Below, one piece after another: positions 18,266 to 28,334 of a stretch of DNA of 50,078 nucleotides. The translations under genes and the position numbers were made by a program. The stretch is from assembly GCA_047628655.1 (NCBI GenBank), contig JBLHVR010000003.1, positions 1-50,078 of the forward strand, given 5' to 3'. Origin of the DNA: Lentimonas sp. (lineage in GTDB: Bacteria > Pseudomonadota > Alphaproteobacteria > Rickettsiales > UBA1997). The notes under the pieces were generated by a model that saw only the letters and a list, made by a program, of their open reading frames with translations, ran no database searches and was not told where the DNA came from. Every line of letters starts with the position of its first letter. Within the stretch, counting starts at the first letter, position 1.

Positions 18266-21200
18266 TCAATATTTTCCTATTGTTGCTCCAACTTTCTGCC
18301 CAATACCAGCATCCGGTTTTAAAGATGATTTTGGGCAATCCGGAAAATCAAGACCGCTGGAGAACCTTAAAAATCTTAAATTTAGTTTCTTATTTTTTCT
18401 AGATTTCTTCCAAGTCTCCGTAGCAATTTTTTCAGCATTAAATTGACCCCGACCCTCCTCTGGAATTTTTACTATCCAATGATTTACAATCTGTTAAGAA
18501 ATCATCTTTTTTGTATTCAGACAAAGTTTTCATTTTCTGAACGGTGAAGCGATTCTGCAATGGTAAGTCTATTATTTTCCTGTCTTTTGTGCCAATTGAA
18601 TTAATTGATGAAATCATCATGAAACCCGGTTTGACTTGGGCGCTGATTTTGTAACATACAAGGGAGTTCGCATCTGTATTGGCATCTTGGTTTACTATTT
18701 TAGCATTTGTACTTTTTAAAAAAGAACCAATCATTTCACTTTTTCCAATTCCAGAACTGCCTTCGAAAAAAATTCCATTCAATACAGCCGCTGGTAAAAC
18801 TGCCCGCTTCTTTGTTTTTGACGAATTTTAAAACAACTTTCTAGTTTTTTTCCGCTTCTTTGGTGGCAGAAGTTGAGATAAAATTATCACTTTCGAGGTG
18901 TAATTTTTTCTCTTTGGATGTTTGAGAAAATGAATATTTCAAAGCTTTTTCCTGCAATTTTTTAATTGTTAATTTTGGAGATTTTTGCAGATTTTGACGA
19001 TGTTTTGCATTGGTTTTATAATAATAATCGATTAACTCACGATACTTTTCTGCACCTTCCGACCCTTCAATAAAAACCTTTAGAACATTTTCATAAATGT
19101 AGGAAGCGGGCAAGTCCTTCAAATTCAGCTCTGCAATTTGATCGCCAGAGAAAAATGCGCTATTTGATGTTTTAGCATCGAATTGTTTAGATGAAATAAA
19201 GAATACTTTATGATCTTTACTTAATTCATAAAATTTACCCTGATAAAAACCCCTACCATTACCTCATTCGTTAAGCGGTGAAAAGAAGGTGTAATTACAA
19301 TCTTCAAGCCCGTCAATCTCGAGTATTTTAGTAATTCCTTTTCGATCATCCAAAGCCCAAGATTCAAAATTATGCATCTCAGGAGTTATTTCTACACTAC
19401 CCCTATTTCTTCCTCAAATATTTTCATTAACTGACTTTTACCCACCCCAACCTCACCATTAAGAGCCGCTACTTGATTGGTTTTTAATATTTAATGCTGC
19501 CTTCCTTTTTTGAATAAAATCCTGTGCTTCTTTTGAGCGATTGCCATCTAAACCTATTTTGGGATCAGGCTCCTCAACTAAAGTAGTCTGTTTTTCCTCC
19601 TGCTTTTCTTCATTCTTAAAAGTGAAAGCAGACTCAGGAAGCCAAGACAAATCTTTTCGATCTTCGGTATGCAATTATTAATGTTAAATCTCGTTTTAAA
19701 TTGATGTATTTATCTGAAAAAACAACTGAAGAAAGAAAAGATAGAAAACCATTTTTTGCAATATCAACATCATCAAACTGATTAATTTCCTTACCACTTA
19801 AAAAAGGCTCTAAAATCTGCAATAACTCAGGATCAAACCTTCCTTTAAGAATTATTTTTTTACCTTGCTTGAGAGCTGTGATTAAATCACTTCTAGTTTT
19901 TTCGAAATTATTAAAGCCACCTTCAAAAGTTTCAAAAGTGGCTCCAACAGTTAAATCTTCAGAGGTAACGTCTTCCAGATCAATTACGACATAATTATCT
20001 CCCAACCCTCTAATGGTTTGGCCAGCATCGTTACTAACAATAATTGTTGGGATGTTTTCTAATGATTTCGAAGTCGATTCTGGAGGAATAAAATTTAACT
20101 TATTATGCTTAACTTTTTCAGGCAAAGGAATGTTTGGTGCCAAATAAATCTCAAGCTGTACATTGTGAATTTGCGCCTTATTTAGCAAAATATACCACTG
20201 ATTATCAGAAAGTTTGGAAGTAATAAAAAGAGGTAATGTTTTATCTTTATTATTTTCAATCAAACCATTCGTTTCCTAATAAAATACTTTGCTAGTTTTA
20301 TCACCATAAAGCAGCAAATCAGAAATTTGCGTATTAACCAAATGCACGTCTTTGGTAATTTGATCAAAAGTTATATTTTGGGCAATTTTGGTTTCGTCAA
20401 ATTTAGAAAAGTCAAATTCTGCGCCAGAGCAATCAATGGTTAAGTTCTCTGGTATTTTGATGTCATAATTTTGATAGGTTATTTTTCCTGAAGCTATGGT
20501 TTTTCTAAAAGCATATTGCAAATCAACAGTATCTTCTTTGGAAATATTGGTAATTTGGAAATTGGTTTTTCCACCTTCTAAATCTTTTGCAAATTGGCTT
20601 TTTTTCAAACCATCCGACCATTATCCATCGAAACAATTCCGAAAAGATGCTGCTGCCAATTAGAGAATCCTTGCAGATCGACAATTATTTTTTCTTCGTT
20701 ATTGGCAATGGGGTTTTTCGCAAAAGAGATTCTCCTTGAAATTTTACCTTGTGCCTATTTGTAAAAGAAGGATCGGTAGAAACTTCTTCACAAAGACTAA
20801 CAACTCTGGTTTCTGGAGTAAGTTTTATGCCGTTAATTTCTCCTTCAGGATCTAATAAGGCGTTTAGAGATGACGCTTCGTTGTTATCAAAAACACCCCG
20901 ATCAACAACAAGTAATTTTGGATTTTCCGTATTTTGATGGAGTAAATTATATTCTAGAAAAGCCTTAAGAGGGTTTGTTTTTTGCACGAATTATGCCAAA
21001 CCATTTTTTTTGATCAAAATATCGTTAGCGGTAAAATCTACCTGATCTGGAGAATCGATGTAAAAAACAGATAAAGACTTCTTTTGGGAATCTTCTAAAA
21101 TCTTCATGGCATAGTCTTGAGCATTCTTTACAACAATTAAGGATGATTTATTTGGCAATAATTTCTCCAATAAATCATCTGTATTAGTAATGGCAATAGG

Positions 21201-22034
21201 ATTTGGGTGAATGTTACATTTCTCTACAAAACCCAACTGTTGCTCTTCTGGCAACATTTCCACATATTCCTTCATGTCACTAGAATCAGCAATTTCTTTT
21301 AGATGTTCAGTTAAGAAAATAAATATTTGTTTCGATTCTAAAGTCCTGACAAAATCCATAAAACAGCCACTATTTTTAATTTATTCCATATTTTCATTAA
21401 GAAATTTTAGCCTATCTTCTGGCATTAGATCTGATATGTGAGGTAAAGAATTCTGAGGGTCCTGCTTAAAAATAGATTTCAACTTCGCCCACACTTTATC
21501 AACTTCTTGAGGCATAAATTTTCTTAATGAGGGCAGAGATTTGAATAAATATCGCTCTTCATCAGTAACCCACTCTTCTAAAGATTTCCTCACCAATAAT
21601 TCAAAGCCATCAGCAACAAAACTATTTTCACCGTCAACATCTATGGCATATCGATTTTTCCTGAAGAATGCTTTTATTTGCATTATTTTTTCAAAGTCCA
21701 AAAATATGGAAGAATCTATCCCCATCCCAAAATTGGAAAGCGTTTCATAATCATCATCTGGATTAAATTTTGCCAAATTATTTATCGATTCAGAATTATT
21801 CAAATTATCATCCAATTTCTCAAACTCCTTATCCGATTTCTTCAAATAAATTTGAAAACCATCCAATTACAACCTTTTTAAAAGAGTAATTCTAGAGCCG
21901 TGGCTAACTGAATCGTTAGAAGATGATTTGTCGAGAGTAATGGTTTTTGGATTAGGATCTAAAGATGGGCTGGTTGAACTTTTAAAGCCCTGACTAGGGT
22001 TTTTCGACGCAGAAATTGGGATCAAACCTTCCAT
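18266..22034 (-). pseudogene. Shattered large multi-AAA+ ATPase gene (midasin/dynein-related AAA_5-like)
   Basis: Collinear minus-strand fragments joined by in-frame TAA stops (21381, 20991) and frameshifts (~20688, ~20605, ~19460). Walker A GEVGVGKS (19434-19457) and GSSGIGKS (18738-18761); LLVVD...LNALLD...DPSFTNRH module at 20685-20987. Probable ATG at 22034 and final TGA at 18266. Confidence 0.75.
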
Positions 22035-22320
22035 TGTTAGAATTTTGACCTGATTTCTTATTACTAAAATAAAATAACCAATCAGGAAGCGAATATTGAT
22101 TATTTTCTTTTGACATATCTATTGATTTTATTGAATTTCTAGCCTTGATAAGATATATTTATTATCAATAAGTGTCGCAAAAGCAAGGATGGAAATAATG
22201 TTTCTCAAAAAAATATTTAACTATTTTTGACCTAAAAATCACTAGCCACATCAATTAAAAACTTCTAAAATTTCAACTACAAAACTAACAGCAACTCATT
22301 TCACAAATCTTATTTTTAAC

Positions 22321-23418
22321 ATGGATCACAAAAAATTCTTTGAGGATAAAATCAGCGATTCAAAAATAAAAAACATCTATCGAGCTCCAAAAAAGGTACA
22401 AAAAAAATTAATTAATTTTTGTTCAAACGACTATTTGAACCTCGCGGAAAATAAAATGGTGAAAAAAGCCTCAATTAAAGCAATTGAAAAATTTGGATCC
22501 GGAGCAAAAGCCTCCAGATATGTTTTTGATGAAAATAAATTGGCTGGAAAGTTAGAAAAAAAATTAGCCAAAATTAAAGATTGTGATGATGCAATTATTT
22601 TGGGTTCAGGATATTTAACCAATATTGGAGTCGTTTCAGCTTTGGCTTCAAAAAATGACTTCATTGTAGCCGATAAATTAATTCACAGCTCTTTAATTGA
22701 CGGTGCAAAATTATCGGGCGCAAAGCTAGTGAGGTTCAAACACAATGATGTAAAAGATTGCGAAAGGATTTTAAGCAGTATTTTAAAAGACAATCCTGAC
22801 AAAAAAATTCTCATCCTCACCGAAACAGTTTTTTCAATGGATGGAGATTTGGGAAAAATTAATGAATTATTAGACCTTGCCAAAAAATACAATTGCCTAT
22901 TTTTAAGCGACGATGCTCACGGATTTGGAATCATCAAACAAAAATATGGCAAACATGATTTTCACCTACAATGCGGAACTCTTTCAAAAGCAGCTGGCAG
23001 CTATGGAGGTTATGTTTGCGGTTCAAATTTAATGATTAATTATTTAAGAAACACCACAAAACCAGCAATTTATTCCACCGCCCTGCCCCCAGCGGTTTTG
23101 GCGGCAAGTTTAAAGGCTGTCGATATTATTGAAAAAGATGCCAAATTGAGGGAAAAAGCCTTGGATAATGCTCAATATTTTTGTCAAAAAATGAATCTTC
23201 CAAAACCAGAATCAACCATTGTTCCAATAATTATTGGCTCATCTTCCCAAACTTTAGAAATTTCAGAGAAATTAAAAAAAGCCGGATTTTTAATTTCCGC
23301 TATTCGTGAACCAACCGTTGAAAAAGGAAAAGCAAGACTTAGAATTACTTTTTGCGCCAATCACAACAAACCCGACATTGAAAGATTGACCAAAGAAGTT
23401 ATTTTAAATATTCATTAA
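22321..23418 (+). CDS. bioF: 8-amino-7-oxononanoate synthase
   Basis: NFCSNDYL, SGYLTN, DKLIHSSLIDG, ETVFSMDGD, DDAHG, GTLSKA, AIREPTV..G.ARLRIT. Confidence 0.93.
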   Translation: MDHKKFFEDKISDSKIKNIYRAPKKVQKKLINFCSNDYLNLAENKMVKKASIKAIEKFGSGAKASRYVFDENKLAGKLEKKLAKIKDCDDAIILGSGYLTNIGVVSALASKNDFIVADKLIHSSLIDGAKLSGAKLVRFKHNDVKDCERILSSILKDNPDKKILILTETVFSMDGDLGKINELLDLAKKYNCLFLSDDAHGFGIIKQKYGKHDFHLQCGTLSKAAGSYGGYVCGSNLMINYLRNTTKPAIYSTALPPAVLAASLKAVDIIEKDAKLREKALDNAQYFCQKMNLPKPESTIVPIIIGSSSQTLEISEKLKKAGFLISAIREPTVEKGKARLRITFCANHNKPDIERLTKEVILNIH

Positions 23419-23550
23419 TTTATTTGAGCAGAGAATTGCAGCCGCAGTAAAAGTGTAAGTTAGTAATGCACCGATTAAAATAGTTGCTATGTGATATTTC
23501 CATCTAACCGATCTATTGATGTCAAAAATACACAACTCGAAACATTGCAT
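23404..23550 (-). CDS. Possible 48-aa small membrane protein
   Basis: ATG 5 nt after the rsmI stop; MQCFELCIFDINRSVRWKYHIATILIGALLTYTFTAAAILCSNKLMNI with one hydrophobic segment; fills the gap to bioF. Confidence 0.3.
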   Translation of the reverse strand: MQCFELCIFDINRSVRWKYHIATILIGALLTYTFTAAAILCSNKLMNI

Positions 23551-23555
23551 TTAAA

Positions 23556-24401
23556 CTATTTGGTTAATTTTAGCATTAATTGGTAAACCTCTTTCTTGGA
23601 AGCCTTTAATTCATCAGCCACAATTTCTACCAATTCTTTAGATCTAAATTTTCCCAGCCCTTTTTTTAAAGCTTTAACAATCTCTTCCTCGCTCACATCA
23701 TTTTTCTTTTCAGCGCCTGAAAGTAAAATAACAATTTCGCCACGAGGAATATTTTCTTCATAAAATTTAATCAATTCTTCCAGATTTCCTCTTTTAGTTT
23801 GCTCGTAAATTTTAGTAATTTCGCGTGAAACCGCTGCTACTCGATTACCAAAAATTTCCCGCATTTTTTGCAAAGTTTTCAGCAATCTACTTGGGCTTTC
23901 AAAAAAAATTAAACTAGATTCAATAGCAGTTAGTTGGTTAAAAAAACCTGTTTTAGCCACATGAGGAACAAAACCTATGAACATAAATCGGCTTGATGAA
24001 ATTCCAGAAACCGACAAAGCCGCAATTGCTGAACAAGCGCCGGGAATTGCTAGAATTTCACAATTATTTTTCTGTAAAAAACTTACTAATTTAAAACCAG
24101 GATCAGAAATTAGTGGCGTTCCAGCGTCACTGACTAGGGCTAAACTTTTTCCCTGCAAAAGTTGATTGAGGATTTTTTCCCTCATAAAAGAATCTGAATG
24201 ATCATTGTAGATGAGGAAGGGTTTTTTAATTTCTAGATGCTTTAAAAGCTTTCCTGTAACTCGTGAATCTTCACAAATTACGAAGTCGCATTCTTTTAGA
24301 ATTTTAACCGCCCGAATTGTGATATCGTCAAGATTTCCAATTGGGGTTGCAACCACATAAAGGGCCGGTTTTAGATTATTTTTCTTTAAAATTTCTTGCA
24401 T
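23556..24401 (-). CDS. rsmI: 16S rRNA C1402 2'-O-methyltransferase
   Basis: LYVVATPIGNL.DIT.RA, CEDSR, LVSDAGTPLISDPG, FFESP.R, REITK. ATG at 24401 preferred over 24410. Confidence 0.95.
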   Translation of the reverse strand: MQEILKKNNLKPALYVVATPIGNLDDITIRAVKILKECDFVICEDSRVTGKLLKHLEIKKPFLIYNDHSDSFMREKILNQLLQGKSLALVSDAGTPLISDPGFKLVSFLQKNNCEILAIPGACSAIAALSVSGISSSRFMFIGFVPHVAKTGFFNQLTAIESSLIFFESPSRLLKTLQKMREIFGNRVAAVSREITKIYEQTKRGNLEELIKFYEENIPRGEIVILLSGAEKKNDVSEEEIVKALKKGLGKFRSKELVEIVADELKASKKEVYQLMLKLTK

Positions 24402-24458
24402 ATTTATCAAAATTAAGTAGTTTTTTGCGCGCTTTGATCATATCTAAAAAATCAAATA

Positions 24459-25718
24459 ATGAAATTAAAAAATTACTTAAAAACCCATTTTGCACTTCTA
24501 ATTGTCTTATTTTTCACCTCTTGTACCAATATTTACAAGCAAATTGAAAGAGAGCCTATTTTAGAGAAAAGATCATTTCCCGCAATTTCACAACCAGATC
24601 ACACTCCCACAGCTAATAACCCGCGCTTAATTAAGAAAAAAATTAAAATTGCTGCTTTATTGCCATTTTCCGGCAAACATAAAAATTTGGGTGAAACAAT
24701 GCTAAATTCCATGACTTTGTCAATCTTCGAGAATGATCCTGAGGGAAATATTGACTTAGTTTTGCTTGATAGTAACGATATGAAAAATTCTGCTCAAGAA
24801 ATAATTAATCAAAAAATTAGCGTTGTTCTAGGGCCAATCTTCAGTGAAAATGTTAAAAAACTCTCTTCAATGCTTAAAGGTCGGGATGTTACTGTTATCT
24901 CATTTTCAAATAATCAAAGTTTAGTCGGTACAGAGGGGTTTTTCTTGATGGGATTCTCGCCAGAACAAGAAATTGAGAGAATAATAGATTACACAATTTC
25001 TTCTGGTGACGATAATTTTGCTATCGTCGTGCCCTTTAACGATTATGGACGCAAATTCTCTTCACTTTTCACTGCCTTTGTTAAAAATAAAGGTGGAAAT
25101 ATTATCAGCAGCAAACTTTATTTAAATAATACTCACTTAGAAAAGTCAGTGAAAGAAATTCTAAACACCTTCATTATTTCTCCTGAAGCTACGGAAAAAA
25201 ATAAGGAAGACATAACTGATGAAGATAAATTCTACGCTAATGTAATTTTTATTCCTGAATCTGGCAAAAAACTTACTAAAATTTCCAACTTAATTAAAAA
25301 ACATAATAAAGAGGAAAGAGAAATTCAAATTATTGGCTCTAGTAGCTGGAATAACATTTCCACTCTAAATAATCCTGGACTTGTGGGAGCTTGGTTCGCA
25401 TCAACTTCTCCAGATAAATATCGTAATTTTGAGAAGCGCTATTACCAAATTTACAAAAAATTTCCGCCAAAAGTCAGCTCTCTAGGATTTGATGCAATTT
25501 TTGCCGTCAGCAGCACCATTTTAGCCTCTAAAAATCGAGTTCTATCTAAATATGATTTTACAAATTATGCTTCTGAAAATAACGGTTTTAGAGGTTTAGA
25601 TGGTTTATTTCGTTTTCTTTCAAATGGCTTAGTTCAAAGAAATTTAGCAATTTTGGAAGTTCAAAATGGTGAATTCACAATTATTGATCAGCCAGCCCAA
25701 CAATTTTTTCAATATTAA
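24459..25718 (+). CDS. Penicillin-binding protein activator (LpoA/LppC-like lipoprotein)
   Basis: Lipobox FTSC, KIAALLPFSG, VLGPIFS, F.GLDGLFRF...GLVQRNLAILEV; divergent from rsmI as in the conserved yraL-yraM arrangement. Confidence 0.85.
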   Translation: MKLKNYLKTHFALLIVLFFTSCTNIYKQIEREPILEKRSFPAISQPDHTPTANNPRLIKKKIKIAALLPFSGKHKNLGETMLNSMTLSIFENDPEGNIDLVLLDSNDMKNSAQEIINQKISVVLGPIFSENVKKLSSMLKGRDVTVISFSNNQSLVGTEGFFLMGFSPEQEIERIIDYTISSGDDNFAIVVPFNDYGRKFSSLFTAFVKNKGGNIISSKLYLNNTHLEKSVKEILNTFIISPEATEKNKEDITDEDKFYANVIFIPESGKKLTKISNLIKKHNKEEREIQIIGSSSWNNISTLNNPGLVGAWFASTSPDKYRNFEKRYYQIYKKFPPKVSSLGFDAIFAVSSTILASKNRVLSKYDFTNYASENNGFRGLDGLFRFLSNGLVQRNLAILEVQNGEFTIIDQPAQQFFQY

Positions 25719-25739
25719 CACCCAAAACACTTAAAATAT

Positions 25740-27269
25740 ATGGTCTCCACCGTAAAAACCTTCGCTTTCAATGGCATTGACGCAATAGCTGTTAATGTTC
25801 AAGTCAACATCTCATCTTCCGGAAATTCTAATTTTACCATCGTTGGCCTTGCCGATAAGGCGGTTGGCGAATCAAAAGAAAGGGTTCGTAGCGCAATTGC
25901 GGCCTTGGGTTTGGCTCTTCCATACAACAAAATTACCGTTAATTTAGCTCCAGCAGATTTACTTAAAGAAGGTAGTCACTTTGATTTAGCCATTGCAATT
26001 GGGCTTTTAATTGAAATGAAAGTTATTGCCCAAGAAGATGTGAATAATTATTACTCACTTGGCGAGTTATCTTTAGATGGCACTTTGAGTAAAGTTAATG
26101 GAATCTTATCGGCTTCCATGTCGGCTTTAAGTGATGAATGTGGAATTATTTGTCCAGAAATTTGTGGGTCAGAAGCAGTTTTCGCTGGCAATGAAGCGGT
26201 TTTAGCACCAAGTAATTTGATCGAATTAATTAACCATTTTAAAGGCCTACAACTACTTTCACAACCCTTGACAAAACGAGAAAATCCAGAATTTTTCTAC
26301 CCTGATTTATCAGATATTAAAGGCCAAGAGAATGCCAAACGTGCCCTAGAAATTGCTGCCGCTGGTGGCCATAATTTGCTGATGATTGGCCCACCAGGAA
26401 CTGGAAAATCGATGTTATCTTCAAGACTTCCAGGTTTAATTCCACAGCTTTCACTCAAAGAAATGCTGGAAATTAACATGATTCACAGCATTTGTGGGAA
26501 AATTACCAATGGAAAATTAACATGGGAAAGACCATTCCGCGACCCCCATCATTCCTGCTCAATGCCTGCCATGGTTGGTGGCGGACCCAAAGCTAAGCCT
26601 GGAGAAATTTCTTTGGCCCATAATGGAATTTTATTTTTAGACGAGCTGGCGGAATTTCCAAGGCAAGTTCTTGATTCTCTGAGGCAGCCAATTGAAAACG
26701 GAAATATTACAATTTCCAGAGCTGCTCATCACATTAATTATCCAGCAAATTTTCAATTAATTGCTGCCATGAATCCTTGTAAATGCGGATATTTAGGAGA
26801 TGAAGCAAAATCTTGCAAAAAGGCACCCATTTGCGGTCGAGATTACCAAGCCAAAATTTCTGGCCCCTTGATGGACAGAATGGACATTATCATTGAAGTA
26901 CCACAAATTGACATTTTTGCCGACACAGCTCCCGCCAAAGAAAATTCAGGAACTGTTGCCAAGAGAGTTAAGTTGGCCAGACTAATTCAAGAAAACCGCT
27001 ATGAACAAGAAAGATCTATGCGCGACTCTACGCAAAAATTAAATTCTCGGGCCAATGGCAAAGTTCTCGAAAAACACACTGAAATTGATGATGAGAGCAA
27101 GGAAATTTTCAAAAAAAGTATCAAGCAGATGGGGATTTCTATTCGCGGCTACAATCGAATTTTAAGAGTAGCCCGCACCATTGCCGACCTTGACAATTCT
27201 CAGAATATTAAAAAATTACACCTATTGGAAGCCATTAGCTATCGTAAAGGCTTGGTTGCAATGAAATAA
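25740..27269 (+). CDS. comM: YifB/ComM Mg-chelatase-like AAA+ helicase
   Basis: VGL.DKAV.ES.ERVR, NLAPADL.KEGSHFDL, GPPGTGKS, RPFR.PHH, LFLDE, AAMNPC.CG, SGPLMDR, RVARTIADL. Confidence 0.93.
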   Translation: MVSTVKTFAFNGIDAIAVNVQVNISSSGNSNFTIVGLADKAVGESKERVRSAIAALGLALPYNKITVNLAPADLLKEGSHFDLAIAIGLLIEMKVIAQEDVNNYYSLGELSLDGTLSKVNGILSASMSALSDECGIICPEICGSEAVFAGNEAVLAPSNLIELINHFKGLQLLSQPLTKRENPEFFYPDLSDIKGQENAKRALEIAAAGGHNLLMIGPPGTGKSMLSSRLPGLIPQLSLKEMLEINMIHSICGKITNGKLTWERPFRDPHHSCSMPAMVGGGPKAKPGEISLAHNGILFLDELAEFPRQVLDSLRQPIENGNITISRAAHHINYPANFQLIAAMNPCKCGYLGDEAKSCKKAPICGRDYQAKISGPLMDRMDIIIEVPQIDIFADTAPAKENSGTVAKRVKLARLIQENRYEQERSMRDSTQKLNSRANGKVLEKHTEIDDESKEIFKKSIKQMGISIRGYNRILRVARTIADLDNSQNIKKLHLLEAISYRKGLVAMK

Positions 27270-27495
27270 CACCCGTTAATTGTGTCTAGGGGTCCTAATC
27301 AAAGAGATTTTGGTATTTTATGGAATATCACCAGATAAAGCAGGAACTTATTTGGTTAAATCAGATTTGCGGATTTACATAAACACACTCTTCAAACTTA
27401 AAATACTTGTGAACTTAAGATTAATAAAACTAGAAGATGTAGATTCGACCTTTATCGCATCAAAAAAACCCATCTTAAGATGTCCTGATATTTGT

Positions 27496-28068
27496 CTAAT
27501 CTAAAACAATATGATTAATTACTTTTCTAACTCCAATAGTGGTGGCGGCAATATCAATAACTGCTTTTATCTCTTTTATGCGTTTGGCAGATCCTATCAA
27601 ATAAACCACTTGATTTACGGTAACAACGTCAAAATCTAAAGTTTTGGCATTTTCATTAAGAAGGGCTTTTGAATTAATTTGGGTGGTTATTGAAGAATCT
27701 TTAAAATAATTAACAAAGTTTTTGCCTAGAGATTTATTATTCACAACCTGAACCTCATCAATCACCTCTTTTACATTCTTGGTTTTCCATGCAATTTCAA
27801 CGGCTTTTTTGGCAATCACAGCATTATCGACAATACCAGTCAGTAAAACTCTTTTTTTATCTACTGTTACGCCAATTTTATTATTTGGGTTTTTAAGTCC
27901 ACTGGCAATTAACGACTTATCTATTTTGGCACTGATTAAAACATCACCCCCCGCATCTCCAAGGGATTTACTTTGGGTTGCAAAGATTCCTCCTGCCGCC
28001 GCCCCCAAAATTAAGGTTTCAACACAAGAGGCTGTTAGAAATAATATTATAATTGCAAAATATTTCAT
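27496..28068 (-). CDS. Dual BON-domain lipoprotein (YraP/DolP-like)
   Basis: Lipobox TASC followed by GAAAGG; two BON repeats (VLLTGIV...VKEVIDEV and VVYLIG...GVRKVIN). Confidence 0.88.
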   Translation of the reverse strand: MKYFAIIILFLTASCVETLILGAAAGGIFATQSKSLGDAGGDVLISAKIDKSLIASGLKNPNNKIGVTVDKKRVLLTGIVDNAVIAKKAVEIAWKTKNVKEVIDEVQVVNNKSLGKNFVNYFKDSSITTQINSKALLNENAKTLDFDVVTVNQVVYLIGSAKRIKEIKAVIDIAATTIGVRKVINHIVLD

Positions 28069-28086
28069 ATTTTTATTTAGGTGTTG

Positions 28087-28123
28087 TTGACATTTATCTT
28101 TTTAAAAGATACATTTCGCGGCC
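28087..28123 (+). promoter_or_regulatory. Sigma-70 promoter of tRNA-Gly with GC-rich discriminator
   Basis: TTGACA (28087-28092), 17-nt spacer, TACATT (28110-28115), then TCGCGGCC. Confidence 0.7.
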
Positions 28124-28164
28124 TTAATCAACACAACATTCAGAAAAAATGTTATGTTGATTAA
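28124..28164 (+). repeat. 17-bp inverted repeat (one mismatch) in the tRNA-Gly leader
   Basis: TTAATCAACACAACATT-CAGAAAA-AATGTTATGTTGATTAA. Confidence 0.75.
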
Positions 28165-28175
28165 TAATAATTTTA

Positions 28176-28250
28176 GCGGGTGTAGCTCAGTGGTAGAGCA
28201 CAACCTTGCCAAGGTTGGGGTCGAGAGTTCGAACCTCTTCACCCGCTCCA
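28176..28250 (+). tRNA. tRNA-Gly (anticodon GCC)
   Basis: GCGGGTGTAGCTCAGTGGTAGAGCACAACCTTGCCAAGGTTGGGGTCGAGAGTTCGAACCTCTTCACCCGCTCCA forms a cloverleaf with encoded CCA. Confidence 0.97.
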
Positions 28251-28334
28251 AAATTATTTCCCATAATTTAATCTCACATAGTTTACTACTTCTAACTTTT
28301 TAACTTAGACTCTCTTAAAAGAAGAAATCCCAAA

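Noticed and set aside
18266-22034. Stop-codon recoding or programmed frameshifting of the AAA gene
   Set aside because: The lesions mix TAA, TGA and several frameshifts with no shared signal, and neighbouring genes use all stop codons normally. Ordinary decay fits better.
22145-22172. BioR-like or other operator upstream of bioF (TTATCAATAA)
   Set aside because: Imperfect AT-only match about 150 bp from the start codon; not distinguishable from background.
27280-27504. 74-aa ORF after comM as yraN, or a MITE
   Set aside because: It has a TTG start and no YraN motifs, and I could not find a matching pair of inverted ends.
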